The notes beneath the pieces were generated by a model. The model saw only the letters and a program-made list of their open reading frames with translations, was not told where the DNA came from and made no database searches. From positions 53,518,464 to 53,582,463 of the forward strand of contig NC_043011.1 of NCBI RefSeq assembly GCF_006345805.1: a stretch of 64,000 bases of DNA, given 5' to 3'. Shown here one piece after another: positions 13,598 to 27,002 of the stretch. A program made the translations under genes and the position numbers. Position 1 is the stretch's first letter; the number at the start of each line of letters is the position of its first letter. Origin of the DNA: Octopus sinensis. Lineage: Eukaryota.

Positions 13598-14310
13598 GAT
13601 CCAAATGGATTATAGAGTTAAAGTCCATGCAAGACACATCACTTGTTACTCACAGTACTTTTGAATCCTCTAAGTGTCTGAGATATTTCTACCGTTTAAT
13701 TTTTCACTAAACTGTTAATTTTGCATCTGTTTTGGGATTTAATTACTTGTTTGGATTCTGTGATGTTGTTTTTTTTCTTTTGCCATTGCAGTGCTTTGGT
13801 TGTGTCGCATAAATATATTTGGTGGCCATTTCGGATGTCAAAATGAAATGTGTGGAGATGAAATAAAGTTTTTTAAAGTTTGTAAAACAGACCTTATTTT
13901 TTTTTTATTGTTTCCCCTGTGAATTGAGGGCAGGTTTTCCTTAGTTAATTATAGTTCTTTTTATAAATACTCCAAAGAAAATTCCATTTGGTAATGCTTG
14001 AATAAATCATGTCTTGAAGAGAGATGAAATATGGCATCAAATTTAATAATAATAATAGTAATGATGTCAAATTTTGCCACAAGGGCAGCCATTTGTGGGG
14101 AGGGGGCTAGTCGATTACATTGATCCCCTGTGTTTTACTGGTACTTAATTTATTGACCCTGAAAGGATGAAAGGCAAAGTCGACCTTAGCAGAATTTGAA
14201 CTCAGAATGTAGTGACAGGCGAAATACCACTAAGCATTTCGTCCAGCGTGCTAATGATTCTGCCAGCTTGCCACCTTGATATAATGATAATAATAATAAT
14301 AATAATAATA

Positions 14311-14347
<37 letters not shown>

Positions 14348-14361
14348 TAATAATAATAATA

Positions 14362-14444
<83 letters not shown>

Positions 14445-14458
14445 GTAATAGTAATAAA

Positions 14459-15014
14459 ATACCCTGATGCAGTACCAGGCAGTGGCTCTTATGGCTTCTG
14501 ATCTTAACTGATTGGAAGTGTTATCATGTACATTGTTTTGTCTTGGTATAAAAGATGGACTACAGCAAATATTCTGCTCAATACCACAGATTTGCTTGTC
14601 AGTTGTTTGACCTTAACCAGTTGAGCATCTCCCTTAGTGGCTGACGATATGTGCATCTCTGATCATGAGCAGAAGTAGTGGGGGAGCATCACAGTCATGT
14701 GTTGAGAGGGATTCTTTGGGGTTTGAATAATTCACCTCTGGAAACATGGGTGTTTTGTTTAACATCCTTAAACAACCCTTATTCAGGGACCTTTTGAGCG
14801 GGATGGGCTACTTGACCAGAAGAAAATTCTAACTGGGCCCCACCTGCAAGGTCATGTGCTGTTTATCTTCATATGAAATTACTATGTCGCGCACATATGG
14901 TTGTGATGCATGTGCCTAGTGTACCCTTATCAGATTGGTAGTCATGATGGGTATACTGGGCTTCGTATATTTTACCCCAGCGTCACTTTGATGGCATGCA
15001 CTGATCTCTCACTC
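14459..15014 (+). mobile_element. Non-coding insert bounded by (AAT)n on both sides; probable 3' UTR of a TAA-targeting (Dong-like) LINE
   Basis: Complex sequence of higher GC with sharp boundaries in an (AAT)n array; no ORF; identity inferred from the target site only. Confidence 0.5.
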
Positions 15015-15142
15015 AATAATAATAATGATAATAATAATCCTTTCAATTATAGTCACAAGTCAAGAATTTGGGGGAAGGAAGCAAGAAGTGGAGGAGGAAT
15101 GGAGGAGGAGAGGAGGTGTGGAGGAGGCAGAACAACAAGAGA

Positions 15143-15350
15143 TAATGACGATGATGATGATGATGACGACGACGACGATGACGATGATGATGATGATGAT
15201 GATGATGATGACGATGACGACGACGACGATGACGATGACGATGACGATGATGATGATGATGACGATGACGATGACGATGACGATGATGATGATGGTGATG
15301 ATGATGGTGATGATGATGGTGATGATGATGATGATGATGATGAGGAGGAG
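15143..15350. repeat. (GAT/GAC)n microsatellite
   Basis: Direct reading; source of the poly-D/poly-M/poly-S ORFs. Confidence 0.95.
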
Positions 15351-16451
15351 GAGAATTTGGAAAACTGGGATGATGATGGTGATAGTGAAGTTGATGACAA
15401 TGGCATCAATGACAATTTTTGTGACCCTTTTCTGAATTCTAGATCCTTCCTCTTCTCTCCTGTCCCTTTCCCATCCTTCTTAATCCATTCTGTCTACCAT
15501 CCATTGCCCATATATATATACATTCAGGCTCATCAGTGAATCCTCAAAGGGAAAGCCATGCTTTGGTGTGTCATACATAGAACCTTAAGAATGATTAAAT
15601 TAACAGCTGTGTTTGAATGTTTGAAGTAAGGACTAAAAGTGCAAGGCCCCTATTTATTGATGACATTTCCTACATAACTCTATTTGCGTTGTCTTCAACA
15701 TAAATGGAACTAAGATCTACTCACCCTCAATTCTTTCTCATTGATTCTGCTATGTCTGTCAGGTTTTGCTTCTCATCACGACCTTGTTTCAGACGAAACA
15801 GTGATTTGCGCACAGATTAGCAGATCAAAGAGGAACTTTCAGACAAATATTGTCGTATTCTTGTTTTACTTCAAAGTTTCGAGCGATCACCAAGTCTCTC
15901 TAAGATACATTATAGTTCCTCCAGAACTGATTTTATCAGGAATTTCAATGCGTCTCTGTTTCTGTTAGTGTGTAATATTTGCATCTCTGTATGTGTGTAG
16001 AACTGTTTGCCTTGGTGTGTATGTGTATGTGAGTGTGCATGTGTGTGTTGTGTTTTGTGTGTGTGTGTGTGTATATGCATTGGTATGTCTCAGGGAGTAT
16101 ATGTTGTTCGCAAGATTTCTGTTCGTTATGTCGTCAACATATTTGTACCTATGTCTGTCTTTCTTCTCTCTTACTTTTTCTGTCTTACTCCGTGTGTTTA
16201 TATACATTTATAAATACATACACACACATATATATATATGTGTGTGTGTGTGTGTGCGTGTGTATATCTATACACACATACATACATAAATCCATACATA
16301 CATACATATATTATGGAGGTGTACTTGCATAGCAAGTGACCAAATCTGCGATCGTGTGCTGGAACGAAAACAATAGCAGTATGGAAGGTGTTTATAAACC
16401 ATTTAAGAAACACTCAAAAACCGTTAGATTCACTTCAACATTTAAATTTAA

Positions 16452-16502
16452 TTTGCCAAAATATTTCTGTCACTTTGAGACCACGACCTGTTCACTGACA
16501 AA
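16452..16502 (-). ncRNA. Putative hammerhead variant with G3-C8 core, inside a (TA)n-flanked element ~16312-16516
   Basis: Minus strand: TTTGTCA-GTGAACA-G-GTCGT ggtctcaaa GTGAC-A-GAAA-TAT-TT-TGGCAAA. Confidence 0.5.
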
Positions 16503-16798
16503 ATTCCATGCTGCGTGTATATATATATATACATATATATATATGAGGGCAGCAGCATCAAACTCCCTCATTCACTAAATGCCACTTATCAGACCAGGCT
16601 TTACATAGTGAAAGTGTCGCAAAGCTAACAGTGGTGCTCTGCTAACAATGGCCACAACTCTTGAGTCTAAACTAGTATAAGATACATAAATATATATATA
16701 TATATATATACAGAAAACAGAAAATGGCGATAACATTGATGAGCAAAAATTGCTTTGCATCAATTATCCTTTATTAATAATTTACTAAAAGACTGCCT

Positions 16799-16919
16799 CC
16801 CATCTAACAGCCGTTTCTGCTGCCAATGTTCTTTGGAATTGCCATTATGATGCTAAGAGTATATTTATCATAGTTGTTAATAAAACCCATTTGAATCATG
16901 GAGCTTCATCAGAGTGGAA
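16799..16919 (-). ncRNA. Type I hammerhead motif with long stem II insertion, in an element ~16711-16930 abutting (TA)n
   Basis: Minus strand: TTCCACT-CTGATGA-A-GCTCCA...TGGCAGC-A-GAAA-CGGCTG-TT-AGATGGG. Confidence 0.65.
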
Positions 16920-17166
16920 AATAAATAAATAAAAAGAGAGAAGAGAAGAAGAATGAAAGGGTGAATATGGTGTCATGTTGCATGTAGAGCCATTGAGCAA
17001 TGCAGTGGCTCTCTCACTCTCTCTCTCTCTCTCTCTCCATATATATATATATATATATAGAAATTCGGGGTGAGTACTTGATAATTATAAGCACCTGTGT
17101 ATACCATTTGGTGGTGTAGGTGGTGGAGTAAATTGATCAAAATAAAAACATGATGCGAAGGATTCA

Positions 17167-17244
17167 GCGGTACATATGTTTCGGGCCTTTATTAGACAGA
17201 TTTATAACAATGCATAATGTATGTCTGTGGCCTTCTTCAGCCGC
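17167..17244 (-). ncRNA. Type I hammerhead ribozyme, antisense twin of 17422-17499
   Basis: Exact reverse complement of the plus-strand motif. Confidence 0.85.
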
Positions 17245-17421
17245 GCACAACAGCTTCCACAAGGACATGTGTTACAAATCAAAATTCTTGGTTGGGGATG
17301 CAAATCCTCCCATTCGCGTACGACATAATGCTGCCGCATTATGTCGTACGCGAATGGGAGGATTTGCATCCCCAACCAAGAATTTTTGATGTAACACATG
17401 TCCTTGTGGAAGCTGTTGTGC

Positions 17422-17499
17422 GCGGCTGAAGAAGGCCACAGACATACATTATGCATTGTTATAAATCTGTCTAATAAAGGCCCGAAACATATGTACCGC
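17422..17499 (+). ncRNA. Type I hammerhead ribozyme, intact core
   Basis: GCGG-CTGAAGA(17426-32)-A-GGCC ACAGA...TCTGT..GGCC-C-GAAA(17484-87)-CATATG-TA-CCGC; palindromic stem III ACATATGT; predicted cleavage after A17495. Confidence 0.85.
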
Positions 17500-17532
17500 T
17501 GAATCCTTCGCATCATGTTTTTATTTTGATCA

Positions 17533-17595
<63 letters not shown>

Positions 17596-17760
17596 ATATA
17601 TTATATATATATATAACAATAATTTAAATACCTTGTTAAATTGAAATATCTTAGACTAACTTCTGTGCTATTTCCACCTCTGTCTTTTATATATAAAAAT
17701 TTGATTTGTATAGATCTCTAATCTTTTTTCAGCTATATATATATACACACACACACACAC

Positions 17761-18175
17761 ACTCTTTTACTCTTTTACTTGTTTCAGTCCTTTGACTGTG
17801 ACCATGCTGAAGCACTACCTTTAGCTGAGAAAATTGACCCTAGGACATATTCTTTGTAAGCTTAGTACTTATTCTATCGACCCCTTTTGCTGAACCGCTA
17901 AGTTACGGGGACATAAACACACCAGCATCGGTTGTCAAGCGATGTTGGGGAGACAAACAGAGACACACAAACATATACACATGAACATATACACACACAT
18001 ACATATATATATTATATATATATATATACGATAGGCTTCTTTCAGTTTTCATCTACCAAATCCACTCACAAGGCTTTGGTCGTCCTGAGGCTATAGTAGA
18101 AGACACCTGCCCAAGATGCAACCCAGAACCATGTGGTTGGTAAGCAAGCTACTTACCACACAGCCACTCCTGCGC

Positions 18176-18176
<1 letters not shown>
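17761..18176 (-). mobile_element. SINE family A
   Basis: Colinear with family A, internal deletion in the head. Confidence 0.85.
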
Positions 18177-18221
<45 letters not shown>

Positions 18222-18230
18222 ATATGTATG

Positions 18231-18261
<31 letters not shown>

Positions 18262-18829
18262 ACACCTATCAATGTACTTGTCTATCTAGCTAATATCAAA
18301 ATTGGGTGCAATATGTCTCTCTTCTGCCAGATTTCCTTTGAAAAACTTCCATATTTCAATTGCATCAAAAAAGGACATCATTCCCTCTCTCTCTCTCTTT
18401 TTGTTCCCTACAAATCTATCCCACTCCAAACACACACACACATAGACAGATATGCACTCGTACTCGTGTTCATCTTACTCATGAAAATAAAAGAAATAAC
18501 AAAAAGTCAGCACCAAAAGAAATAATAATAATAAAAATAAAAATAAAAATAAAAATAAAAATAAAAAAAAAACAGGAGGGAAAATAGAGGAACAAATTGA
18601 GGAAATCCCCCTCAGAACTGTTTGAAATGAAGGAAAAAAGAGTAGCAGGGACCTGAGCGGAGTAGGAATGTCTCAAAAAAAAACAACAATGAACACTTGT
18701 AAGAAAAAAAAAGGTAAAAAAAAAAAAAAAAAAAAAAAATTCCGAGAGAGAGACAAAAACGTAACCCTTTTCCTATCCCATTAGGAAGATTGTGAATGTT
18801 TTGAGGAAAGAGAAGAAAATAAAATAAAT

Positions 18830-18863
<34 letters not shown>

Positions 18864-18871
18864 GCTGCAAT

Positions 18872-18904
<33 letters not shown>

Positions 18905-19384
18905 ATTATTGTCTCAAAAGAGAGAAGAGTATAAAGGAATGGTGGATAGAAGAAAGAAAAAATTCCAATATTGGACTGTGTGCATCGATAAATCAATGTT
19001 CTACTGTATGTTAATGTTGGCTTTGCTTCTGTTGTGTCGGTTTTAATACTCCGTCTTCTTCTCTGCTGGTTTTCCCTCACTACAGAATACACTCGCCTTA
19101 TCTTGAACGCAGCTCTGTAGTGCTGGGTTGTGAGCTGCGTTTCTTTTCTTCTATGTTGTGTGTGTTTGTTGTTGTTGTTATTGTTGTTGTTGTGGTGGTG
19201 GTGGTGGTGGTGTTGTTGTTGATACACGTTAGGTTTGTTAAATACGGTATCTCGTGGCGTTGGTGGCTTTAACTCACCGTTTCAATTTATATTCGCCTTA
19301 TCTCAGCCATGCCTCTGTAATTCTGGTGGGGTTTTGCGGCAGAGCTTTTGTGTGTTAGCCATACATGTGTTGTGTGTCGATTGT

Positions 19385-19434
19385 ATATGTGTGTGTGTAT
19401 GTTTGAATGTATGTATGTGTGTGTATATATATAT

Positions 19435-19493
<59 letters not shown>

Positions 19494-19592
19494 ATATATA
19501 TATAATATATATATATATAATATAATATATATATGTATGTATATGTATATATATATATATAGCCGAGTGTTGTATAGCTGTGTGTGTATATT

Positions 19593-19629
<37 letters not shown>

Positions 19630-19646
19630 CTGATTGTTTGTGTAGC

Positions 19647-19699
<53 letters not shown>

Positions 19700-19718
19700 A
19701 TACATATATATATTATAT

Positions 19719-19751
<33 letters not shown>

Positions 19752-19803
19752 TATACACACATGCATATATATAAGTATGTATGTGTATATGTGTATGTGT
19801 GGA

Positions 19804-19852
<49 letters not shown>

Positions 19853-19883
19853 TATACACTGACACATATATACATATATATAT

Positions 19884-19926
<43 letters not shown>
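19385..19926. repeat. Long compound (TA)/(CA)/(TACA) microsatellite field
   Basis: Direct reading. Confidence 0.95.
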
Positions 19927-19927
<1 letters not shown>

Positions 19928-20267
19928 CTCTGTGTTGATGCGTTGTTGGCTTCATCCATTCCTAAATCATCCTCTTCTTGTGTCCAACACATCTGTAGTC
20001 TCAGCTTGGTGTCTGTCTGTGTGTTGTCTGTTTCCCCCCCCCCCCCGTATTAGTTTTTCTGTGTTAATGTGGTCTGTGTTGAGATGTAGTCGGTTGGTAG
20101 AGCATGTGAATATACCTAGTATCTGTTTGCGGCTCTAGTGTGTTGGTGTGGTTTTCACTTTGGTATCTATTGGTATTGCATTTATGTACTATGTGTTTTT
20201 CGGTACTATAGTGTGTTGGTCTGGGATTCGCTTTTTTTTAAATAGTTTTCTTCCTCCTCTTCCTCCA

Positions 20268-20895
20268 AATGAAAATGATGATGATGATGATGATGATGAG
20301 GAGGAGGAGGAGGAGGAAGAGAGGACGACAATGATGATGATGACGACTGTTGTGATGATGCTGGCAATGATGACAATGACAATGATGGTAATGAAGATGA
20401 TGATGATGATGACAATGACACTGTTGATGATAATGATAACGATGATGATGATGATAATGTCAACGTTGATGACAATGATTATGTTGATGAGGATGATGAT
20501 GAAGATGATGATGATGATGAGGAGGAGGAGAACAACAACAACGATGATGATGAGGAGGAGTAGGAGGTGGATGAAGATGATGATGATGAAGATGATGATA
20601 ATGATGATGATGATGATGATGATGAGGAGGAGGAGGAGGAGGATGGAGATGAGGAGGGAGGAGGAGGAGGAGGATGAACAGGAGGAAGAAGATGATGATG
20701 ATGAGGAGGAGAGGAGGATGAAGATGAAGATGATGATGATGATGATGGTGGTTGTGATGGTGATGATGGCAATTACGACTACGATGACGACAACTACAAC
20801 GATGATGATGTTGACGAAGACGATAATGAATGAAGAATACAGCAACTATGACGACGATGATGTCGGCTATGAAAATGACAATGATGTTGACGACT
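20268..20895. repeat. Degenerate (GAT)/(GAG)/(GAC) trinucleotide field
   Basis: Direct reading; explains the 264-aa poly-M/E/D ORF. Confidence 0.93.
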
Positions 20896-21237
20896 TTTTC
20901 TTCCATCCTTGCATGGGTCTGATGAAGGTACGTTGGGGGTAGAATTTTCTTCAACTGAACATAAGATGCAAGGCTTTATCGTGATAACATAGTGTTGTAG
21001 TTATGTGTGTCAAGATTTGTCTTGGAGCATTATCTATCATCTTAAATTTAAGGTTCTGCTCTTTAGATTATCTTTTCCCTGATGGACAAAAAACTATGAA
21101 ACAGACCATTGTATGAAGATTTCTGTTGTCACCCATCCCTTCTTCTGTCATTTCCAAATGTCAAGCTGATTTTTCTTTTCCTATATTGTCTACATTATGT
21201 GCCATATTTACTGAGCATTGCATTTATTTTGTAGCCT

Positions 21238-21603
21238 CCTGAAACATGCCGCCGTGATGATCTCATTCTCGCCAACAACATCATAAGCGGAAAGTGTAAC
21301 CTCTCGAAAGAGCTGTTCTTCACTCCTGCTCCAGAGCGTCGGCTGCGGGGTCATTCCGAAAAGCTCTACCTGCGACGATTTCATCTCAATCGAAGGAGAG
21401 GAGCTTTCTCCGTCCGGGTTGCAGATCCGTGGAACAAGCTGCCAGACGAGATGGTGAAGATGCCGACGACCGCTTTGTTCAAAGTCTCCCTTGACCTCAA
21501 GTGGCCTGAACTCTTTACATGAACATCACCCTGTACTTAACCCCATGTCCCCCTACATGGCCTTGCTATTTGCTTTTGAGCCAAAAATTAACTAACTAAC
21601 TAA
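21238..21603 (+). mobile_element. CR1-clade LINE 3' end
   Basis: RRDDLILANNII..RLRGHSEKL..RRGAFSVRVADPWNKLPDEMV..FKVSLD..stop, followed by a short UTR and a (CTAA)n tail. Confidence 0.88.
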
Positions 21604-22042
21604 ATTACTGCCATTTAGATGTGTTAACCATTTTTTTCACAACCCACCAGTTATTCTTTTCTACTCAGGAGTTAAAAGTGTGAGTTGATAGTCTTTTCCA
21701 GAAAGTTCTATTTCAAATACTTTGAATATGAGTTGGTGAGGGTAGTTTGCCATGTTTAATGATACTCATAAGATCCTTGGAAATTCTTTAGCTTGTTGGG
21801 TGTCTGTAGTTTCACACGACACTCATTTTGTGTATTATGCCATCATTTGTGAATGTTAATCCTTTTGTATTCAAACCAGCCATATTAGGCCCAAATATTC
21901 TAACTGTTCTATGTGCAAACTGAGCAGATCAGGCCTCTCATACCTACCCTACAATGCCATTCTAAAAATAAACAATCACATCATTGAAATCTGAAAGCTA
22001 CAAGTTAATGTATGTTTAACTCAAAACAATGTGAATACATAA

Positions 22043-22757
22043 GCTCAGTGGTTAGAGTGTCAGGCTTGCTTACAATCATGAGGTAGTGAGTTCGATTCCC
22101 AGACTGGGTTGTGTGTTGTGTTCTTGAGCAAGACACTTTATTTCACGTTGCTCCAGTTCACTCAGTTGTAGAAATGAGTTGCAATGTCACTAAGCTGTAT
22201 CGACCTTTGCTTTTCCCTTGAATACCATCAGTGGTGTGAAGAGGGGGGAGTGGTATGCATGGGTGACTGCTGGTCTTCCATAAAACAACTTTGCCTGGAT
22301 TTGTGCCTTATGGTGACAAAAAACGCATCTTAAACACTTATAAGAAGAATGAAATAATTCAGAAGCATTTGCAACTAACATAGGATGGTTTAACCCTTCA
22401 GCATCCAGATTACTCTGTCAAATGTAAAAGGATAAAGACCCCTTTTGGTCACAAATTACCATGGGATTGCACCAAGAAAGCTCCCTACCAAGGCGTAAAT
22501 CCAGGTAAGGTTGTTTATAGAAGACCAGCACTTACCCATGCATACCAGTCTCTCCTCTTGTGCCACAGATGTTATCCAAGAGAAAGGCAAAGGTTAATAC
22601 AGCTTGGCACCAGTGATATTGCAACTCATTTCTGCAACTCAGAGAACGGAAATAAAGTGTCTTGCTCAAGAACACAACTCACAGCCTGGTCTGGGAATTG
22701 AAATCACTACTGCATGATTGTAAGCCCAACACTCTAACCACTCAGCTATGCACCTTC
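22043..22757. mobile_element. Two related tRNA-derived SINEs in tail-to-tail orientation (22043-22310 plus, 22430-22757 minus); relative at 30672-30990
   Basis: GCTCAGTGGTTAGAG / GAGTTCGATTCCC A/B boxes; shared TTCTTGAGCAAGACACTTTATTTC block. Confidence 0.75.
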
Positions 22758-22849
22758 AAGAGGCTAGAATACTTTTCAGTAATGATACTCTTCCCCTGTG
22801 AGAAAGGGGAAAGGAGATTGGTAATAACTTTAAACGAGGTGTTGAGAGG

Positions 22850-23070
22850 TTAACCCCTTAGCATTTAAACTGGCCCATATCCGGCCCAAATATTCTTCCT
22901 GTTTTATGTTCAAACTAGCCAGATCCAGCCTCTCATGCCTAGCCTACAATGTCAATTTAAAAGTACATAACCACATCATCAAAATCACAAAGCTATGAGA
23001 TAATTCATGATTAATTTAAAACAATGTGAATAAATAAGCATTAAATTTGACAGAGCAATCCAAGAGTTAA
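22850..23070 (+). mobile_element. piggyBac-like MITE
   Basis: TTAACCCCTTAGCA...AAGAGTTAA; colinear with 12934-13162. Confidence 0.78.
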
Positions 23071-23559
23071 ATGATTAATGAATGATGGAAGGAATCAGAA
23101 CAGGTTTACTGATGTGGAGGAGCTTCATGGCTACCTTGTTTGTATTTTACATGGATGGAGTGGAGAGTCTGAGGTGGTGCCCCCAAAATGAAGTAAATGT
23201 GGTGGGGACATGGTACCAGAATGTACCTTAATGACCAAAAATGTGAACAGAAGACAGTGTGAATACAGAAGAGCCAGATGGAGTGGATGGGGTTGGCAGA
23301 GTGAGGGAGCAGAGTGATAGATGGAACCTGAATGTGGGTGGAGGTGGTCAGATCTATATAGGGGAAGAATATAGAGAAAAGTGAACAGGGATGGAATGGT
23401 AAATATGGGGTAGACACCATGATAAGAATGGGAGATGGATGTCAACTGGGAGTAGTACAAAGGAGAGGGAGTAGTGGCTGACAGTTCAGAAATGGTGATA
23501 TTGTATGTAGTAACAGATTCTAGTCTAGAGAATGCCAGCCAGGAACATTGACATGAATG

Positions 23560-24290
23560 GTAGCCTCTTCCAGACCTGTGTTAACTACACTGCATCTCAT
23601 TTAGATGACTTTAACTTTGCTATCCAAAAACAGGAGACAGCTAATAAATACCTGATCAACAAAAGAGATAGGAATGGCTGTAAACTTCCATGCTCTGATA
23701 GAAAATGTTGATTGTGCCATACCAAAGAGAAGATATCGCTTGTATCATCAGTAGCTATCTAAAAATGTTTGTGAGATGCTAACTTTCCGTGAGACATGAC
23801 ATTGTTTGTTCAGACAGACTGCAATGCTATATGCAGGAAATATTATCCTGACTACCATGTAAAACACACACCGGAACAGAAAGTATCCAAACCCTGAAAA
23901 ATAAAGAATTCTGGTGGAATATTCCAATAAAAGCTGCAGCCCGGTGTAAGCACAACAGGAGAGATATTGTTTTATAAGATGGGGAACAAAAGTTGTGGAG
24001 CATTGCAGTGATCAGTTGTTCAGCAGATGTGAATGCCTCTTCAAAAATTGAGGAAAAGAGAATATCTATGAAGAACAAAAGAGAAATCTACAGCTCTTGT
24101 ATCCATGCTGTAAATTTTCATTTGTTCCTATTATCATAAGTGTACTGGGCTTCATAATAAATTAGCTTAAAAGCCTAAAAATATTTGGGTTCACCAAAAA
24201 GGAATAGAAGAGACTGATTCACATTCTTCAGATATAATTGGTAAGAGGAACAGAGAAAATTTCTAAAATACTTCAGGGATTCTCCATTTC
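23560..24290 (+). pseudogene. Decayed R4/Dong-like LINE fragment (CCHC knuckle + RLE)
   Basis: Interrupted frames FAIQKQET.NKYL, KC*LCHTKEEDIACIISS..RHDIV, KEFWWNIPIK..KHNRRDIVL, FSFVPIIISVLG. Confidence 0.75.
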
Positions 24291-24354
24291 AGGTTTCTGG
24301 ATCAACATATGTGCATAATCACACAAACATATGGAGGTATTGCTGTGTAATATG

Positions 24355-24690
24355 TGCAGGCGTGGCTGTGTGGTAAAAAGTTTCCTTCCCAACTACATAG
24401 ATCCAGGTTCAGTCTTACACCGTTGCACCTTGGGCAAGTGTCTTCTACTATAGCCCCGGGCTGACCAAAGCCTTACAAGTGGATTTGATTGATGGAAACT
24501 GAAAGAAGCCCATTGTATAATATGTGTGTGCGTGTTTGTGTTTGAGGATGTCTCCCACCTCTCCTTGACAACTAGTGTTTTTGTGTTTATATCCCTGTAA
24601 CTTAGTGGTTTGGCAAAAGAGTCTGATAGAATAAATGCGAGGCTTTAAAAGGAGTTCTGGGATTTATTCATTTGACTAAAAATTCTTCAA
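24355..24690 (+). mobile_element. SINE family A, older subfamily
   Basis: GCAGGCGTGGCTGTGTGG head; CCTTGGGCAAGTGTCTTC block. Confidence 0.8.
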
Positions 24691-26136
24691 ATAAATCTCA
24701 AAAAAACATAGACACATAGATACCTACATACATACATATATACATACATGTATGCATGCATATGCACATACATACATACATAATCCCATATATATTCTCT
24801 GTTAATTGCAGTTTAAATTGTGAATCAATGACAGCCGTTTTCAAACAGAAAATATCTGGAATATTTATGGAACTATTGGAATTCAAGTATATATCTTTAA
24901 ATATGTGCTACCTAGTCAGAAGAATCCAGATTTATGTCTTTTTCCAGTGCATTAGAGATATATTGGGAAGTAAAAACAGTTGCAATCATAAATTGCAAAT
25001 TGGGTTGTGGAACTTGGTTCGACAGAAAATATAGTTCTGCAACTCAGCTCTTATGCTAAGAATTCTAACATAATGATTTGAAAACATAATCATAATATCA
25101 TTGAAATTGAGCAGATTCTCTCAACAAAAGCAGTAACTTATTCAGTAAGGAGCCGCTATTACAAGTTTTACATCCCTAGCAATAAAAGCAATTATATTCA
25201 ATGTATTTTTGTTATCTTTTTAAAAAAAAATTTGGGGAAAACAGAAAGAAACCTTGGTTCCATTTCGAAAATAATACTAAGTAAATCATGTGTTGAAAGT
25301 AAAAATTAGCAACTGCCTTAAAAATTCGATAGAAAATTCTATTTTCCCCATAGGATTTCTTTGATTTTCATTTTATTCTTTCCAGAAGTTTTCCCCACAA
25401 ATTTAATGATACAAAGTTATTGATATTATCCAGAGAGAAATTTTGGTAGATTTCTTAACATTAAGCTAATAATTGTGATATTGAGAGAAAGTTGGTTATA
25501 TAGTGACATTTCTTTGTGGAAAAATATTCAATGATTTGTTTTGTATGTAACCCCTTAAATTCTAAAATTGAACTTCTTTACGATTCTTTGATAAAAGCAG
25601 TAAAAAGAAAATGGAATTGAACTGATAACATTTAATAAGAAAAATAAATAAACTGTTAGAAATTCTATTTTATTCAAAGAAACTGAATTTGAAGAGAAAA
25701 AAAAAATAAAGCAAATTTTAATGTTTGTATGTATAAGAGTGTGGCAGAAATTTAAATTATTTTATTTACTGTTTACTGAAATTCTGCAAAAGATTTTATT
25801 TATTTTTTTCCTTTCTTTTCCTTTCCTTTCTTTCTTTCTTTTAATAAAAGAATAAACATGTTATCTTTGTCAGTGAAACAAACATATTAACTATACATTG
25901 TTGGAAACGAAACATTATCTGAGATAGCAAATTCTGTTAAGGGAAGATATTAACCCCCTGCTGCAGCAGCCATCACAATATTCTGATTATTTACTTATAT
26001 TACCATACTTTCTTCTTAGATCCAATTAATGTTTTGATCTGGTATCTGATACATACATACATACATACATACATACATACATACATACATACATACATAC
26101 ATACATACATACATACATACATACATACATACATAC

Positions 26137-26185
<49 letters not shown>

Positions 26186-26468
26186 GGCACACATACATAC
26201 AAATTATAAATGTATATATATACACACATACATTCATATTATATATGTATATGTATTTATATACATATGTATAACATATGTCATTCATACATACATACAT
26301 ACATACCTACATACATACATACATACAGAAAATATACATACACACATACATACACATACACATACATATATACATGCATACATACATACAAATTATGAAT
26401 GTATATATACAAACATTATATTTTATATGTATATACATTTATATACATATGTATATTATGTCATACAT

Positions 26469-26545
<77 letters not shown>

Positions 26546-26621
26546 CACACATATATGTAGCATATATCACACACATATGTATCATGTACACATTATATAT
26601 ATTATATATATATATATATAT

Positions 26622-27002
26622 TTAAATATTTGTTGTGCAAGATTTTTTATGTGAAGTCGTGTGTTGAAACAGATATTGTTATATTTTGGAATGGTCATTT
26701 TGCCAGTTTAGCCAATAAAACACACGCACTATATATTTGGTGTTATTTTGCTTCAGTGTTATTTATTTTTTACATTAATCGTAATCTTATTTCGGCTGAC
26801 GGTTAGTAAAGAGAGACACAAACAAGAAAGAAGAAAACAAAGGACCACTGATGCTGTCACAGGAGTGTGACGAAAGAACTCTGGCCGAAATAAGATTAAG
26901 ATTAATGTAAAAATAAATAACACTGAAGCAAAATAACACCAATATATAGTGCGTGTGTTTTTATTGGCTAAACTGGCAAAATGACCATTCCGAAATATAA
27001 CA

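Larger units (their letters stand above)
17060..17537. mobile_element. (TA)n-flanked palindromic element with a near-perfect ~200-bp-arm inverted repeat (17129-17331 / 17336-17537)
   Basis: Arms are reverse complements apart from one small indel near 17276-17284; 4-nt spacer TGCC; identical ORF start on both strands in the track. Confidence 0.92.

Noticed and set aside
14910-15539. 209-aa acidic poly-Asp ORF
   Set aside because: Translation of a (GAT/GAC)n microsatellite joined to repeat sequence
16545-16690. (TA)n-flanked insert as another hammerhead element
   Set aside because: Only CTGATAA on the minus strand, with no stem II or GAAA; left unclassified
17150-17516. Two ORFs with identical N-termini (MMRRIQRYICFG...) on opposite strands
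   Set aside because: A by-product of the palindrome; the arm indel shifts the frame and there is no recognisable domain
20148-20942. 264-aa Met/Glu/Asp-rich ORF
   Set aside because: Degenerate trinucleotide field open in several frames; no splice or domain support
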